Source: Vitrella brassicaformis CCMP3155 (taxonomy: Eukaryota; Protista; Chromerida). From it: 64,000 nt of DNA. Under the pieces are notes generated by a model. The model was not told the origin of the DNA. It ran no database searches and saw only the letters and a list, made by a program, of their open reading frames with translations. Of this stretch, positions 11,516 through 25,120 are shown piece by piece. The first letter of the stretch is position 1, and every line of letters starts with the position of its first letter. Made by a program: the position numbers and the translations under genes. The DNA is taken from positions 1 through 64,000 of the forward strand of contig CDMY01000495.1 of assembly GCA_001179505.1 (NCBI GenBank), read 5' to 3'.

Positions 11516-12521
11516 TTATACGGACGGGGCCTGCTTCCACAACTCATCTACCCACTCCGCCCACGCAGGGTTCGCCACACGATACTTTTCGACCTCGGCC
11601 ACCTTGTCGCCTTCCTTCACCCCCGGCGGCAGCGGGATCATCTGGATCATCTGGATCAGCCGGCCCTGCCAGGTCTCAGCCCACATGCTGCCCTCCGGTG
11701 GTGCCAGTTCTGCTGTGGGCTCCTCCTCTTTCTTCTCGTACTGCTTGAGCAATTCTGTTGTTTCGGGCGTCAGCAGCACCTTCAGATCGCCTCCCTCCAA
11801 AGCTGCCCGCAGATTTGCAAAGGTGACTGGCTTGCCGCTGTTGTCTTGCTCCTCCTCCACCTCATCGTCAGCCGCTGAGCCGCCCTTCTTTCCTTTGCCC
11901 TTGCCGCCCTTCTTGCCCTTGCCGCCCTTCTTCCCGCCGTCCTCCCCTTTGCCCTTCCCTTTGCCCGCCTTGGCCGACTGTTTGGCCGTCTTGTTGATGG
12001 TCTTCTTCACACGGAGAGCGTCGCGATGGTCCAATATCTTCTGCGTGAGCCTGGGTGCGACCACCTGGGTCAAACAAGCGGACACACTGCCAGACTCCAT
12101 GAAGCAGCGCATCCCCTTCTCTCGCACACCTTTTTTGGCGTTGGTTTCTTCTCCAGCTCCTGCCCGACCGACAATATGACGTATCCAGAATCACCAAACA
12201 GCTCTTTCAACCCGTAATCGCTGCACCACACACATGCCATCAAAATCTTTTGGCTCTGCAGGTGCATTCTTCTTACGTTTCGGCCCGCAGGTCCACTGGC
12301 GGCGTCACTGAGTAACACAAACGCCAATTCTCCGAGACCAGCTTCAGTTCGCCATCCTTTATGATTACGTAGCCATCCTTGCGGCTCACGTCCAGCGAGT
12401 TCATTTTTTTGTCGAAGCCACCGAGTTTCTCGCCGATATCTATGTACTCCACCTCGAACACGCGTGTTTGCGCTGCACTGCAGCCCACCGAGAGGACCAG
12501 GAAAACGAAAACTGTCATCAT
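11516..12521 (-). CDS. Uncharacterised secreted protein with a Lys/Gly-rich low-complexity segment (3 exons)
   Basis: MMTVFVFLVLSVGCSA signal peptide. Exons join in phase: ..LRAET|DYGLKELF..KPTPKK|VVAPRLTQ..GKGKGK.. to the stop at 11516. Confidence 0.7.
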
Positions 12522-12559
12522 ATTGGAGGGCAGATGCATCAATTTACATGACGGCGGGG

Positions 12560-12830
12560 ATGGCCGCATGTGTCATTCGAGCAGGGCAGGCAGCGTGACG
12601 GTCTGTCTCTCTGTCCGTCTGTCTGTCTGTCTGTATGTCTGTCGCCCTCTCATCCATGCATCCTTTTGTCCATCCATCCATTCACCATCCATCCATCCAC
12701 CCATCTGTCTGTCTGTCCGTCTGTCTGGCCATTCATTCACCCATCCACAGCAGGGTATGTCCATGTGACCGTCCATCCATTGATCCATCCATCCATTGAT
12801 CCATCCATTGATCCATCCATCCATCCATTG
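12560..12830. repeat. Compound microsatellite (GTCT)n/(ATCC)n
   Basis: Dense imperfect tetranucleotide repeats between two genes. Confidence 0.85.
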
Positions 12831-12839
12831 CTCAGGCAG

Positions 12840-13960
12840 TCACACAAACAGCCGCAGCGACGCCACCACGAGCTCGAACAGGCCGAGACCCAGCAGCTAA
12901 CAGCCACACACCAAACACACAACAGTCACACATCATGTTTGAGTGCTGTCGCTCCCTTACCGAGGCCGCGTATGGCGCGTCATCGATGTCATACATCGAT
13001 GACCAGTGCGTCGGGATCGTCGTAGCGACCTCCTGATTCATGACACAAATCTGCGGCGAGATGCATTGTCAGTGATCATGGTACCTTGATCACGGCCGCC
13101 GTGTGTACGAGGCAAAACAACACCGACACCGCATCAGCTCCTGCATCAATGACACAAAAGTGACACTAATCACAAGCAGTGATGGATCCGAACCTGTGAT
13201 GGATGTGGTGATGATGGCACCTCTGCAGAGGGCCAGGCAGGCACCGACAGCCAGCTGCTGGACGACAGTGGTATCCAGAGCGTGTGATCTGCACAGAGAC
13301 AGACACACATGACAGAAGATGTGTGTGTATCGAATTTTTACGTCAGCGAGGCTGCAGCCCAAACGATGATCTTGAGCAGCATGCTGGTGATGGGTGTGAC
13401 CGTCTGCCCGAACAGCAGCGATGCAGCAGCCGCCAGCGTCGACAGACAGACACTCACAAGTGTCAGCACCAGGATTTTGACTCTCCACTGCCCGAATACG
13501 GCAGGCGGCACCATTGTGTGCGAAACAGCTGTTGATTGACTTTGACTGGTGGATTGTTCTTTGTTTGTCGGTCTTTCTTACGAGATTGCCTCTTTGTCTG
13601 TATACAAGAATCACTCATACACATTGCATCCATACTAATCAAGACAGAATCGAACGTTGCTATGCGTCAAATCAACACAATGTGTCTTATCTACTTATTC
13701 ACACGTGCACACCACTACGTCGAAAGTACCGGCCGTCTGTCAGGGCAGGCTCAGCGGACTCTTCGTGCCGTTCGATGAACTCGCAGACGTTGGTGTGCCC
13801 GCTGCCGTGTCGTCTTTCTTCGCCGCTGTCGGTACATCCAGCAGGGAGATGATCCAATCGACGGCCGCCACCACGTATGCGTTGGTCTCCTTGTCGCCGT
13901 CTGGCTGCATTGCCCCGTATCTCACCAGCATAGCGCGGAGCGTCGTCCACGCACCATAGG
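12840..13960 (-). CDS. Putative small multi-pass membrane protein, function unknown; 5' end unresolved
   Basis: In-phase exons VKILVLTLVSVCLSTLAAAASLLFG.., QLAVGACLALCRGAIITTSITG|ADAVSVLFCLVHTAAVIK|EVATT..PYAAS|LLGLGLFELVVASLRLFV ending in TGA at 12840-12842. Confidence 0.4.
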
Positions 13961-14139
13961 AAACGCTGACATGGAAACAAATAGATGAATCATAGGACGG
14001 CAGGCGCATCTCCCTCAGTCCGCTCACCTTGTGATCTGATTCTGTGTAATGAGTGCGAAGAGAGAGGTTGCCGTGGCGATGAGTGCTGGGATCTTCCACG
14101 GGATAAGCAACAGGATGAGGTTGGCCGACATCAGAACAT

Positions 14140-14173
14140 AGCGGCCTTATGGCGGGAGAGCGGCCTTATGGCG
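14140..14173 (+). repeat. 15-bp direct repeat AGCGGCCTTATGGCG x2 (period 19) covering the predicted start codon
   Basis: Copies at 14140-14154 and 14159-14173. Confidence 0.9.
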
Positions 14174-15425
14174 TTCTCCTCATCCCCATCTCGTTCGGCC
14201 TGGAGTCGACAAACATGACCACCACACGAGCCAACACGACTGGAGGTTGCCCTTTCCCTCCCATCCTTGGTGCTGTCAAGACCAGTGGCAAAAACGGCAA
14301 GCTGTCGACGGGCTCTTCGGCATCTGCCGCGTCCGCTAGTCATGAGAAGGGTGGTGTGCACAGCCACCATGACGACCACCAGATGGCAGATGAGGACGAT
14401 GACGGCGATGTCTGTGTCCACATGGACACTGACCCACCTCCGTCGTCTCTCGCGGCGGATTTGCCACGGTTCTGCCCGGAGCTTAAGTCTTGGATCGAGC
14501 GGGTGCGGCCACGATTCACCGACATCAACGATCGCGTCCTTCGGTCGGACGGCTGGCAGCAGCGCCACCATTCACCCGCTGATATGGAGGCGTACCTGCG
14601 TACTGAGCTGGCTTCGGTGTATGGTGGCTGGTCAGGGCGGATCAGGCCGGGCAAAAAAATGTGGTTTGCTGCCGGGCTGGGGTTGTCGGTAGAGGCATAT
14701 ATGCCGGCGGTGATGGGCACGTCTGCCGACCCAGACGAACAGTGCAAAGGTACGGCAACGAACAGAGCAGGTCCTCACCAGTATGAACACTCGGTTTGCC
14801 ATTCTGTTGGTCTGTCAGAAATGGCGGCTGTGTTTCACCAGCTCACTTCCCAGTCGTACGACGCCTGTATCGACCGCAAGATGGAGGTGCCCGACACCAG
14901 CCACCACGGGCCACAAACCTATCTAATCGCTTTCATCCCCGCGGCCGCGGCGTTCGCCGATCATTTGACACGCCGGCTGTTCCTTTATGATGGCGTCGAG
15001 TCCGACTGGATCCCCCTACGATGGTTTTACGGATCCAGCGCTCATGAGAGGCTCCGGGCGACTTGGTGCGACCCTTATGGAGCCTTACTGCATGTGGATG
15101 GCGCAGGGAGGTTCCATGAGCGCCGCCGCCACACCATAGCGTCAGTCCGAAAGTATTCTTACATGGCGACTTCGGAGGAGCCTGTGCGTCACATTGAGAC
15201 GGCCCGGTGCACCGAGGGCACGCCTGAAGAGGCCAAGGGAGAATGCACTAAGACAGAGTCTGACTTTCAGCAAGCGGGATTCGCCGGCAACCGTCTGGCC
15301 TCCTTGCAGTCAATTGCCCACGAACACCCGCTACTTGCGCAGATGGACAACACGGGCTACACCTATGTGAATCTGGTCAGCAACGGCCAAACACACAGCC
15401 ACACATCCCGCCAAACACACAGACA

Positions 15426-15457
<32 letters not shown>

Positions 15458-16334
15458 TTTGGCTGAGTGTATGCATCGGCCTTGTTGTGTGTGTTTGTTT
15501 GTTTGTCTGTGTCTATTCCGTTCTCAGAAATTGGAATCGGGGGATCAAGACTTAGGTGGAGAAGCGAACATGAAGAAGGTTCTGGACAGCACACATGTGG
15601 AAGCGGCAAGAAATCTCGTTGGCGAGCTGAACCGGGTTGCGGCCGGTTTCGGTTCGACGGGACTTCTGGCGCCCTGCAACACCTGCCGCCATTGGAGATT
15701 GCTGTCGCGCTTCATGAACAACAGAGACGGCACAACCCCCCTCACTCTGCTGGACGGCCACCTACTTCTTCACTCATCCGTCTTGTCGGACGTGCACGAC
15801 ATTGCCGACGTTCACGCCCACTTAGCCAGCCACCTACACTGGCGTGTGAGTGCCCATGCGGTCATGCACGAGCGCCTGGCGTCCAGCTACGGCCCGGCTC
15901 TCCTGATCTTCAATCCCCAGCTGAAGACGCACAAGACAGAAGAAGTCATGGAGAATCTCTACGAGCCGTGGGGGAAACTCCTACTGGCCGCCACAGGGGT
16001 GGAGCAGTCCACCAAACCCCACCATGCGCGTGGCTACTGTGTGACAGCAGGCCGGCCGGACGTCAGCGGCAATCCCCGCCTCGTCACTCTGTCAATGGCC
16101 CCCCTCAAAGGCGAGTCCCCTCTGTACCGGCTCTATGTCCTCGACATCACCAACACGCAGATTTGGCTGGCAGCGCGCATCGCGGGGAAGGCGTGGCAGC
16201 GGAGCAAGAAAGAGCACTTCAAGACCTTCGCAAAGGAGTGGCGGCGCATTGAGGGAGTGTCGAAGCTGTGTGTAGTGCTGAAAGAGCGATGTGTCTGGAT
16301 CAGGTCATACTTTAGGCGAGCAGATGTGTCGTGA
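14149..16334 (+). CDS. Intron-poor orphan protein (~650-700 aa), no recognisable domain
   Basis: 468-aa and 291-aa ORFs joined by a CA/GA..GT microsatellite intron (~15374-15527); possible second small intron ~14750-14818. Confidence 0.6.
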
Positions 16335-16834
16335 TCCCGCCCGAGATGCTGCCGGCACAAGTGCAGGGCCCGCAGCAAACATGACTGACTGTGTGGTGGA
16401 TGGATGTCACTGAGGCAGCCATTGATTGAGCCACATGACATGACAGAGACACGAAACAAGAAATGGCAATCAAGATGTGTAACTGAGCCTCAATCGTTGA
16501 ATCCGTCAGTGTTGCCATGCTCGTGTCTCATCAAAACATGGATACGTTCATGTAGCATGCATACGACATCAAGAGGCATACAAAAGAAGCCACGTTCGTT
16601 TCTCTCTGTGTATGCGATTCTGTCTGTCTGTCCGTCCGGCTGTCTGTCTGTCTTGTTGCCTTCTCGCCTGTGTGTCTCTGCCCGTAGTGCTCATCACAAA
16701 TGAAGGCTCAGCCGCCACACACACATCCTGACACAACTGCAGCGCACCAGCACATCCATGCGATGCTTAAGGACAGAGCATGTGATCAGTGCCCTCCCAT
16801 CTGCAGCGAGTGCCTTACGTGATGCTTTGTATGT

Positions 16835-19811
16835 TCAGTTGAACACTCTGGTGAAGACGGCCGTCAGGGCGTCGCACACTAGCGTGTGGCTGAAGCCCGT
16901 CAGGATGCGGCGCCTGGGGCGAGGAGGAGGACCGGCCGGCTGAGCTGCAGGGGCACCAGCACCCGCAGCAGCGGCAGCAGCGCTGGGGACAGCTGCATCG
17001 ATGGCCATCTCGTCCTCATCCACATGCACGTAGCAGCGAATCTGACGGCCGGTGGCACAACAATGCAATCAACGGTTCACATGGCGGCAGAGGGAAGCAT
17101 TTCTGTGTCCAGCTTACGCCGTCGAGTATCTTCTTGTGGCGGCTGGCGTGTGTCTGCATACTCTGGGCGAGCGACCGGATGTGGGGCTGCGGGAGGGCCT
17201 CCAGAGCGGGCTTCACGAGCGACAGAGTGCGTGCCTCACCCACCAGGGCCGACACGGATGCGATGACCTCGACGGCACGCGCCACGTCAAACGGCACCAG
17301 AGCACTCTTCAACGACTGAAACCGACAGAGGCGGGCAACCCACACACCCACATGTCGCATCACACGCACACGGGATCGCATACCTCTTTGATGATTGACG
17401 TGACGTCTTTGGTCTGCAGTTTAGCTGCCCGCACCCAGCCGTTGACTACACGAGCGAAGGCCAGATGCACCACGTACTTGGGTGCGTTGGCCTCCGACAG
17501 ACGGTGTGCGAACCGCCGGAAAGACAGGTCGGACTCGAAGCTCATGAGCGCCCACCAGCTCTCCACGTAGGCCTGGATGGAGCGGGGCAGCTGGAAGTTG
17601 TGGGCGTCGAGCAGACGAGGAGGGTGAGGTGACGGGCCAGGGGCAGGGGGGGCTGGATGGTGTGGAGGAGGGGGGACAGCGGGGGGCTGTCGGCTGTTGT
17701 GTTTGTTGGCCTCGTACTCGTTGAGCCACTCCAGGAGCTCCCTGGCGAACGCACGCGACAACACCTTATGCACCTTCTGGAACTGACAGAGGAGGTAAGG
17801 AAAAGAGGGACACAAGGGGCATTGTCATCTAAGGCTGCTCGGTGTGTGTCTTTGCTTACCCGTTGCTGTGTGTGGTTGGTCAGCTCTGAGTGGTGCCATT
17901 CCAGCACTTGAAACGCATCCATCTGGGGGTCGCGGAGAAACTGACACACACAACAAGGGGATGCAGCCGACAATGCATCAGTGCTCCTCCTCGCTGTCCT
18001 TGCGTATCGCCTGGCTTACTGCGTCGACGATTTTGCGCTTCGGCTCGAGGTCTGTGTGTGCGATCTGGATGGTGTCTTTGTAGGCTTCCCACATCTCCCT
18101 TGGGTAATCCCTGCCCCGGTTACCGCCACCGTCCACAACTGAAAGGGAAAATACAGCACCGACATTTGCGCCATGCGTGACTCTTCTGTGTGTGCTGTTT
18201 CTGCGGTATTGCCTTTTCGCACCTTCCTCAATGATGAGCTCGTCGAGATCGTCGCGTGCACCGGCGGACGCCCCTCCAGCCGCTGCGGAAGCAGCCACCG
18301 CTGCCCCGACACGCTTATTCGCCTTGTTCGCCTTGTTGACGGCCGCCGCCTGCTCCTCCAGCACCTATAACACACCAGCTGGCACTACGTATAGCCCTGC
18401 GCACCCCTGCACACCCACGTACCTTCTTGGCCCATCTCTCGATGCAGTTCAGGGCGAACCTGTTGGGGCGAAGATCCTCCTCTCGCAGTGGCTGCTGTGT
18501 CAGTGGCGACTTGGCGTGTGGGGCGGCGGCGGCACGGATGTGCTTGCGGAGGGGCGACAGGTCATAGCAGTTGCCTGCACGAACAGACGGACCACAGGAT
18601 GGGATGGCTCCTTAGGTGAGAATCCATCCTCTTGTTATGTGTTGGGTGTCACCTGAAGGCCTGATGACTGGCGTTCTTGGGACTGTGAGTGCGAGAGGGC
18701 AACGCAGCAAATCTATCTCTGGGAAGGCATCGTCAGGAACTGCACCACAACATTCACCAAACGCACCACCCATCGCCCCTTCCTTGAATGTGTCCTGTGG
18801 TGAGTTGCAAACATCCATCAGCGCCCACCTTTGTCGAGGACCTCAGCGATGAGTTTGGCGTCAACGGAGGGGAAGCCTTCCTTCTGTACGCGAGGGTTGC
18901 GGATGGGAGCAGGTGTGGGGTTGTGAGCGGGACGGGGAGGAACATGACGAGCGTTGGCAGCCTGCAGCGGGTGGCGGATGTTGTCAATCTGGCGAGGGGC
19001 GGGGTTGGCAGGCTGCATCTGGCCAAAGAACGCGTTGAGCGACGGTTGGCGAGGGGAATGGGGTGGAGGGCTCGGTCTGACGATCCAATGCTGCCGCTGC
19101 CGCTGCCGCTGCTGTGGCTGAGGACTGTTGACGTCGCCGTAAGCCTCCATAATAACTCGAGCAAAGGAGCCCGTCAGTCTGTAAACTGGCTTTGTCGGGG
19201 CCCCGGCCAGGAAAAGCTGGGGGTAGAGAGGTGCCTGCCTGAGGTCATTCATTTATGCAGCATTGCATTCATTGATCTGATCACATACATACAGAGAGAT
19301 GCACATCGGTCGGTCGGGAGTGAGACTACATGCACGGCACGCACATAGCAAAAGGACGGCACGCACGAAACGCACCAGAGAGCAAAGTAGGTAGGCAATT
19401 AAGGAACCAAGGGAGAGGGAGGGAAGGAATGCATTCACTCGATTGGCTGACCGTTCGTCTCAGTTCCTTCCTGACCTGAACGCCTGAACGCCTGCCTTTC
19501 GATCTTAATTCACTGTGTCAAGCTTCTTTCACTGCACACATCTGTGGCTGGCTGCACTTGAAACCGACGTACGTCTTGCAGCCCTTGTCCCACGCGCGGC
19601 TGTCACCGTCGCCACTGTGAAGGCGGAAAGGGAGCCTGAGAGCTTCAGGTTCCTCCTCGACCTTCACACTGACCACATGACAATAAGCGCACAAGACGTA
19701 GGCTGGATGTGGCCAATCAATCGGGCCCGCCTGCCTTCGGTCAGTGAGTGCTGGTTCCTCGGCAGACAGATATGGAAAATCGCAGGCGACGCCAGGCCGC
19801 CAATACGCCAT
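16835..19811 (-). CDS. U-box domain protein (putative E3 ubiquitin ligase); 5' end uncertain
   Basis: Spliced CPLALTVPRTPVIRPSG|NCYDLSPLRKHIRAAAAPHAKSPLTQQPLREEDLRPNRFALNCIERW matches the U-box pattern CP..PV..SG.Y..SP.T..PL....L.PN..L...I..W. Confidence 0.7.
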
Positions 19812-19983
19812 GCCACACCACAACACACCACAGCACGACACACACAGCCATCCATCCAGCCACCATCAATCGTTAAAAGACAGTCAGTCCACAGTTAGTC
19901 ACTCACTCCATCACACAATTACTCAGCCACTCCACGCACACACCCTACGCAGCAGCTGGCCGTCTGGTCAGTGGCGCCTTCCT

Positions 19984-20193
19984 TCACCAGTCCTCCCCAT
20001 TGCCCCCGCCGCCGCCGCCGGCGCCGCCATTGCCGCGTTTGTTGTCTTCTGGGTCGTCCCACGTGTCGTCGTCCACACCGCCCGGAGGGAACTCGCCGAA
20101 CCCGATGGGCGGGATGCCGCGGCCCCGGCCGCCACGACCGCCACGGAACGGCATGTCGCTGCCGCGGAAACCACCACGACCCTGACGCACACA

Positions 20194-20230
<37 letters not shown>

Positions 20231-21712
20231 TGGTCTGGCCTGTGGATGGGGATCTTGCTTGTAGTGTCTGGTGTGCGTGTTGCGTACCCTCATTCCTCGT
20301 CCGCCCCTGCCTCCGCCTCCCCTGCCGCCCCGGTTGGCATCGTATTCGTTGTCCATGCCGCCGCCGCCCCCCTGGTAGCCACCGCCCCTCATGCCGCCCC
20401 TCCCACCACCACCTCGAGGGCCCATGGCGCCCCGACCACCCATCCCCCCTCCGCGTGGGGGCGGTGCCGTCGGGCGCCTCATGACGGCGCGGAACCTGCG
20501 GCCTTGGAAGAAGACGCCCTTTTCGAGGAGGGCCTTGACGGTCTCGTGTTTGTCGAGCTCGATTATGAGCCCGCCGTTGACCTCAGGGTAGGCCTTGGTG
20601 CACACGCCCTTGCCGTTGAGCTGAGTCGTGATGGCCTTCTTGACCTCCTCCTGGGTCATGCCGCCCGGCAGCCGCTCGATCCACACCTCCTTGGTCTGCT
20701 CCAAACCGTCGTCGGCAGCCGCCCCGCTCGACGTGGGCGGCAGGGCGTACCCCACCTGCTTGGGCGGCGGCACCTTGCCCATGCCCGTTGTCACCTTGCC
20801 CGCCCAGCTCTCGGGGTCGGGCGGGATGACCGGGAACTCCTCCTCGCCGGACCCCTGCTTGGCCACCGAGGGGCGCTTGGGAGGGGGCGGGTTGGGGCCG
20901 CCCGAGGGAGTCACCATCGCACCGCGACCCACCGGACGCTGCACATGGTTGTTCTCCGCGGGACGAGAATCTGACAGACAGACAGGTAAGTGTGTAAGGG
21001 GGACAGACACACCGACCGACAGATATGGACAAATCGCCTGTGCCTGTGACGTCCTCCCCTTCTTTCTCTGTGACCAAGATCTATCTTACCAGCATTGACG
21101 TGACGCAGCCCCCCTCCAGCTTGGGCAGCCGCCATGGGCGTCCCAACGTCGACCGTCCCGTTGTTGGTCTGCTGCAGCTGCTTGTTCAAATCAGCCATGG
21201 TCTTCTCGGTTGGGGGCACCGGCACGGGCGCCTGCGGCCTCACGTAGTCGTTGCCCTGCTGCTGCGCCTGCTGTGCGGCCAACGGGGCGATGGGCTGCGG
21301 CTCGTTGGGCGTGGTGGCTGGGTGCTGGCCGTTGGCGGGCTGCTCCTTGGCTTGGAAGACGTCGTCATCGGACTGGAGGAAGCAGAACCAGTCGTTGTGG
21401 ACGTACCATGAGGTGCTCTGGTTGAAGTCGCTGCTGTTGAGGATGACCATCTGGACGAACCGCTTGGCCTCGAGGCTGTCGTCGTTGGACCACATGACGC
21501 CCGTGAGGTTGATGACGACGTACCGCGAGTGGCGCGAGTCGGCGTGCTGCGCGTTGAAGGTCTTGATGGTCGTCTTGACGTGGCTCTTCAGGAACCCGTC
21601 ACACATGATCAGGTCGTTGATCTCCTTCTGACCCCTCGCCGTGCGCGTGTCGCCGCCCGAATTCTCGACCGTCCTCTCCATCGTCGACTCGGTCTTGTAG
21701 AACTGACCAACA

Positions 21713-21751
<39 letters not shown>

Positions 21752-21923
21752 TGACAGCGAATCCCATGGCGTGTGTCGAACTGTTGATGCGGACCGCGTG
21801 TCCACACATGCACGACCCCTCCGGCCCACCCACCTTGTATATCTCCTCAGGCCGCTCATTCATGGTGCTGTAGTAGGCCTTCAAGAACTCCTCAGCGATA
21901 AACTGGACGCTCGGCGTGTCCAT
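19984..21923 (-). CDS. G3BP/Bre5-like protein: NTF2 domain, RRM and RGG tail
   Basis: FIAEEFLKAYYSTMNERPEEIYK|FYK..KRFVQMVIL..WYVHNDWF (NTF2); EVWIERLP..GGLIIEL (RRM); C-terminal RGG repeats. Confidence 0.88.
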
Positions 21924-22125
21924 CTCGGCTCCACCTCAATCGGGACGTGACGCAGCAATATCGACGAGAAAATGGAAGAGATCTGAGACGGACGGATGAA
22001 GATCAGCGCTGCTTGTGCCTCCGCGAAGCACCAAAGCAGCAGCGGCTCCCGAGAGGCATGCGAGCTAAGAGATCGCCAACCCTCCTCGCTTTAGTTTCGC
22101 CTCAAGAGGCTTTGGAATCGAAAGT

Positions 22126-22907
22126 ATGGCTGGCATCGGCAAGTTCTTCGGGTTTGGTGAAAGAGAGTACGATTACGGGCCGAACGTGGAAGTGGAGAGT
22201 TCGTCCTTCCTCGAGAGGCTCGGCAATGCATGCGTCGGCCTGTGCATCGGCATCGTCCTCTTCTTCGTGAGCTTCGGCCTCCTGGGATGGAACGAGGAGA
22301 GGTACATGCAGATGATAGCTAGCGCACCCACCGCAGTCAGCGGACACGACACAGGGGTGGAGGGATGGATAGATGGCCATGGTGTTTCTCTCTCTGTGTA
22401 GGTATATCAAGACGTGGATGGCACTCGACAACGGCCGCGACGCCTACACGACAGTAAGCAGGAAATGAATGACTGACTGACGGGCGAGGAAGGTGTTTGC
22501 TGTGATTACATGCACTCACTGGTTGGCTGCCTCATTTCTTTCTGTGGCTGGGGTGCACTGACTGCATCAGGCTGAGTGCCAACCGGTGGACAATTCTCTC
22601 ACGGGCAAACTCGTCCACATCGTAAGCACACCACAGCCACTGGCAGGCAACACACTCGTGGACTGTGATGCGCGTGTGTGGGTGTGGGTGTGTGCCTCCT
22701 TCCGTCCAACGCTCCATCCGTCCGTCCGCCAGTCATGCGATCTGGAGAACATGCACACGTTCTCACTGCCGGAGTTCAAGGAGAACCTCGCCGACTTCAC
22801 TGGCATCTTCCTGGAGATCTATGCGGAAATGTACCAGGTGGGTGGGTCTGCCATGTCTGTATGTCAACACACACACGTCACGCCTGCTCGTCCGCACATT
22901 CGTTGTA

Positions 22908-22951
<44 letters not shown>

Positions 22952-24434
22952 GGGAGGAGCAGAAGGAGACCGAGACCAAGAAGGATAAGCTGGGTGGGGG
23001 CACCCAGACCATCACGCGCTACCACTACCGCGAGTCGTGGTCGCCGACCATACGGGACTCGACCTTCTTCTACAACAAGGACTACAAGAACCCTCCATCC
23101 TTCCCGGCACTGCCTGAAGCAAGACAGGCAAGATGAACAGACGACAAACATGCGCCTTCATATGTGAGGGTGTTTGCCTGTCTGTCTGTCTGTTGTGTGT
23201 GTGCAGGTGGCGCCCGACCTCCGTGCAGGCTCCTACAAGCTGACGTATGACCAGACGAACCGCTTCTCGAGTCGGGAGGAGCTGACCTTGCTGGAGGACA
23301 GAGACTACACGGCGTCCAGCACGCGGCCGCCCCCCACCGTGACGGCAGCCAACACACAGCTCTACAACGACATGCTCTGGACAGGCGACCCATTCAACCC
23401 ACAAGTCGGTGTGTGTGGGGTGGCCTGGAGGGGAGGAAACTGTCTGTGTTGACTGGGGTTGGGTGCCTCTCATGTGTGTGTGTGTGTGTGATTGTGTGTG
23501 GCAGATCGGTGATGTGCGCGTCAAGTTCTATGGGTCGACGGCCACTTCGTGCTCGGTGGTGGCGCAGCTCACTTCTGACGGCTCCTTTGAACCGTGGCCT
23601 TCACCATACGGTGGGCACAGAGCAGACACGCACCCACACACACACACATTCGGATGTCTTCATCCGTGTGTTGTGTTGTGTCATGTGTGGCCACGTAGAT
23701 TCTGACTATACGGTGAATCTGTTCGAGGAGGGTAAGGTGTCTGGCGGGACCATGTTCGACCACGCCGAGCAGGAGAACACCTTCCTCATGTGGATGCTCA
23801 GGCTGCTCGGATTCCTGTGCATGTGGTCCGTCACACATCACAGACAGACAGACAGAAGAGACGGGGACCCTTGATGTATCTCTGTCTGTCTGTGTTGGCA
23901 GGATGGGCCTGCAGATGTTCTTCGGGCCACTGGCCATCGTGCCTGACATCATCCCGTGTGTCGGCCCTTACCTGGGCGACATGGTACGCATCCACTGGCC
24001 AATCGATGGAGGAGGAAGGTCCTTGATGCGATGCGATCGTCTGTCTCACCACCTCTGTGTGTGCGCATCGACATGTCAGGTTGGGTGTCTGCTGTGTGCC
24101 GCCAACTGTCTGGTGGCGACCTTCCTCTCCCTCCTCACCATCGCAATCGCATGGGTCATGTACGCGCGCAGCAACAAAGGAGACACACACACACACACAC
24201 ACTCAGAGACAGAAAGGGGCAACCAATAAACAGCCATACGCATGCCCCCCCGGCATGGTGTGCTGTGGCAGCGTGCGCCCGTGGGTGGGCATTCCGCTGC
24301 TCTGCGGCGCGCTGGTGGCGCTGGGTATCTTCATCGCTGTGAGGTGCATATGGGGTCGTCGGGAGGAGGAGGAGGAGGAGGACGATGGCATGACCAAGAT
24401 ACCCATGTACCAGATGCACCAACACGGATACTGA
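22126..24434 (+). CDS. TMEM43: TMEM43/LUMA (DUF1625) family membrane protein
   Basis: SFLERL..GIVLFFVSFGLLGWNEER, GKLVHI, EMYQWEE, YRESWS, PQIGDVRVKF, MFDHAEQENTFLMWMLRLLGFLCMW and C-terminal TM helices. Confidence 0.9.
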
Positions 24435-24780
24435 CTGACTGGCTGAAGGGGGGAGGTCTTCGGGTGGATGAGCGGGCGCTTTTTGCGACAGACAGACAGA
24501 CAGACAGACAGACAGAGACAGACTACTCAGCTAGAGAGTAGATAACCATCTGTAAGCTATTGACTTTGGTACGGGTGTGTCTGCATCACATCAGCTTCCT
24601 CGTGACAGCAAATGCATGCGCGGGTTTTGCGGACGCTCCTCTGCGTGGTTTTTCCCAGGGAGTCCTCACCTCCCGGACTTTGCCCTCTCCCTCAATGCAT
24701 TCACCAACGCTGAACGGATTACCATATGCAAACAATCCGCCTCACCGCCGAGAGGGGTTTTTCGGAGGGTTTGCCGTCTT

Positions 24781-25080
24781 NNNNNNNNNNNNNNNNNNNN
24801 NNNNNNNNNNNNNNNNNNNNNNNNNNNNNNNNNNNNNNNNNNNNNNNNNNNNNNNNNNNNNNNNNNNNNNNNNNNNNNNNNNNNNNNNNNNNNNNNNNNN
24901 NNNNNNNNNNNNNNNNNNNNNNNNNNNNNNNNNNNNNNNNNNNNNNNNNNNNNNNNNNNNNNNNNNNNNNNNNNNNNNNNNNNNNNNNNNNNNNNNNNNN
25001 NNNNNNNNNNNNNNNNNNNNNNNNNNNNNNNNNNNNNNNNNNNNNNNNNNNNNNNNNNNNNNNNNNNNNNNNNNNNNNNN
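24781..25080. other. Assembly gap (300 N) followed by poly-C
   Basis: N run, then a C homopolymer from 25081. Confidence 0.99.
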
Positions 25081-25120
25081 CCCCCCCCCCCCCCCCAGTC
25101 TCTCTCGGAAGGGAAAGCCC

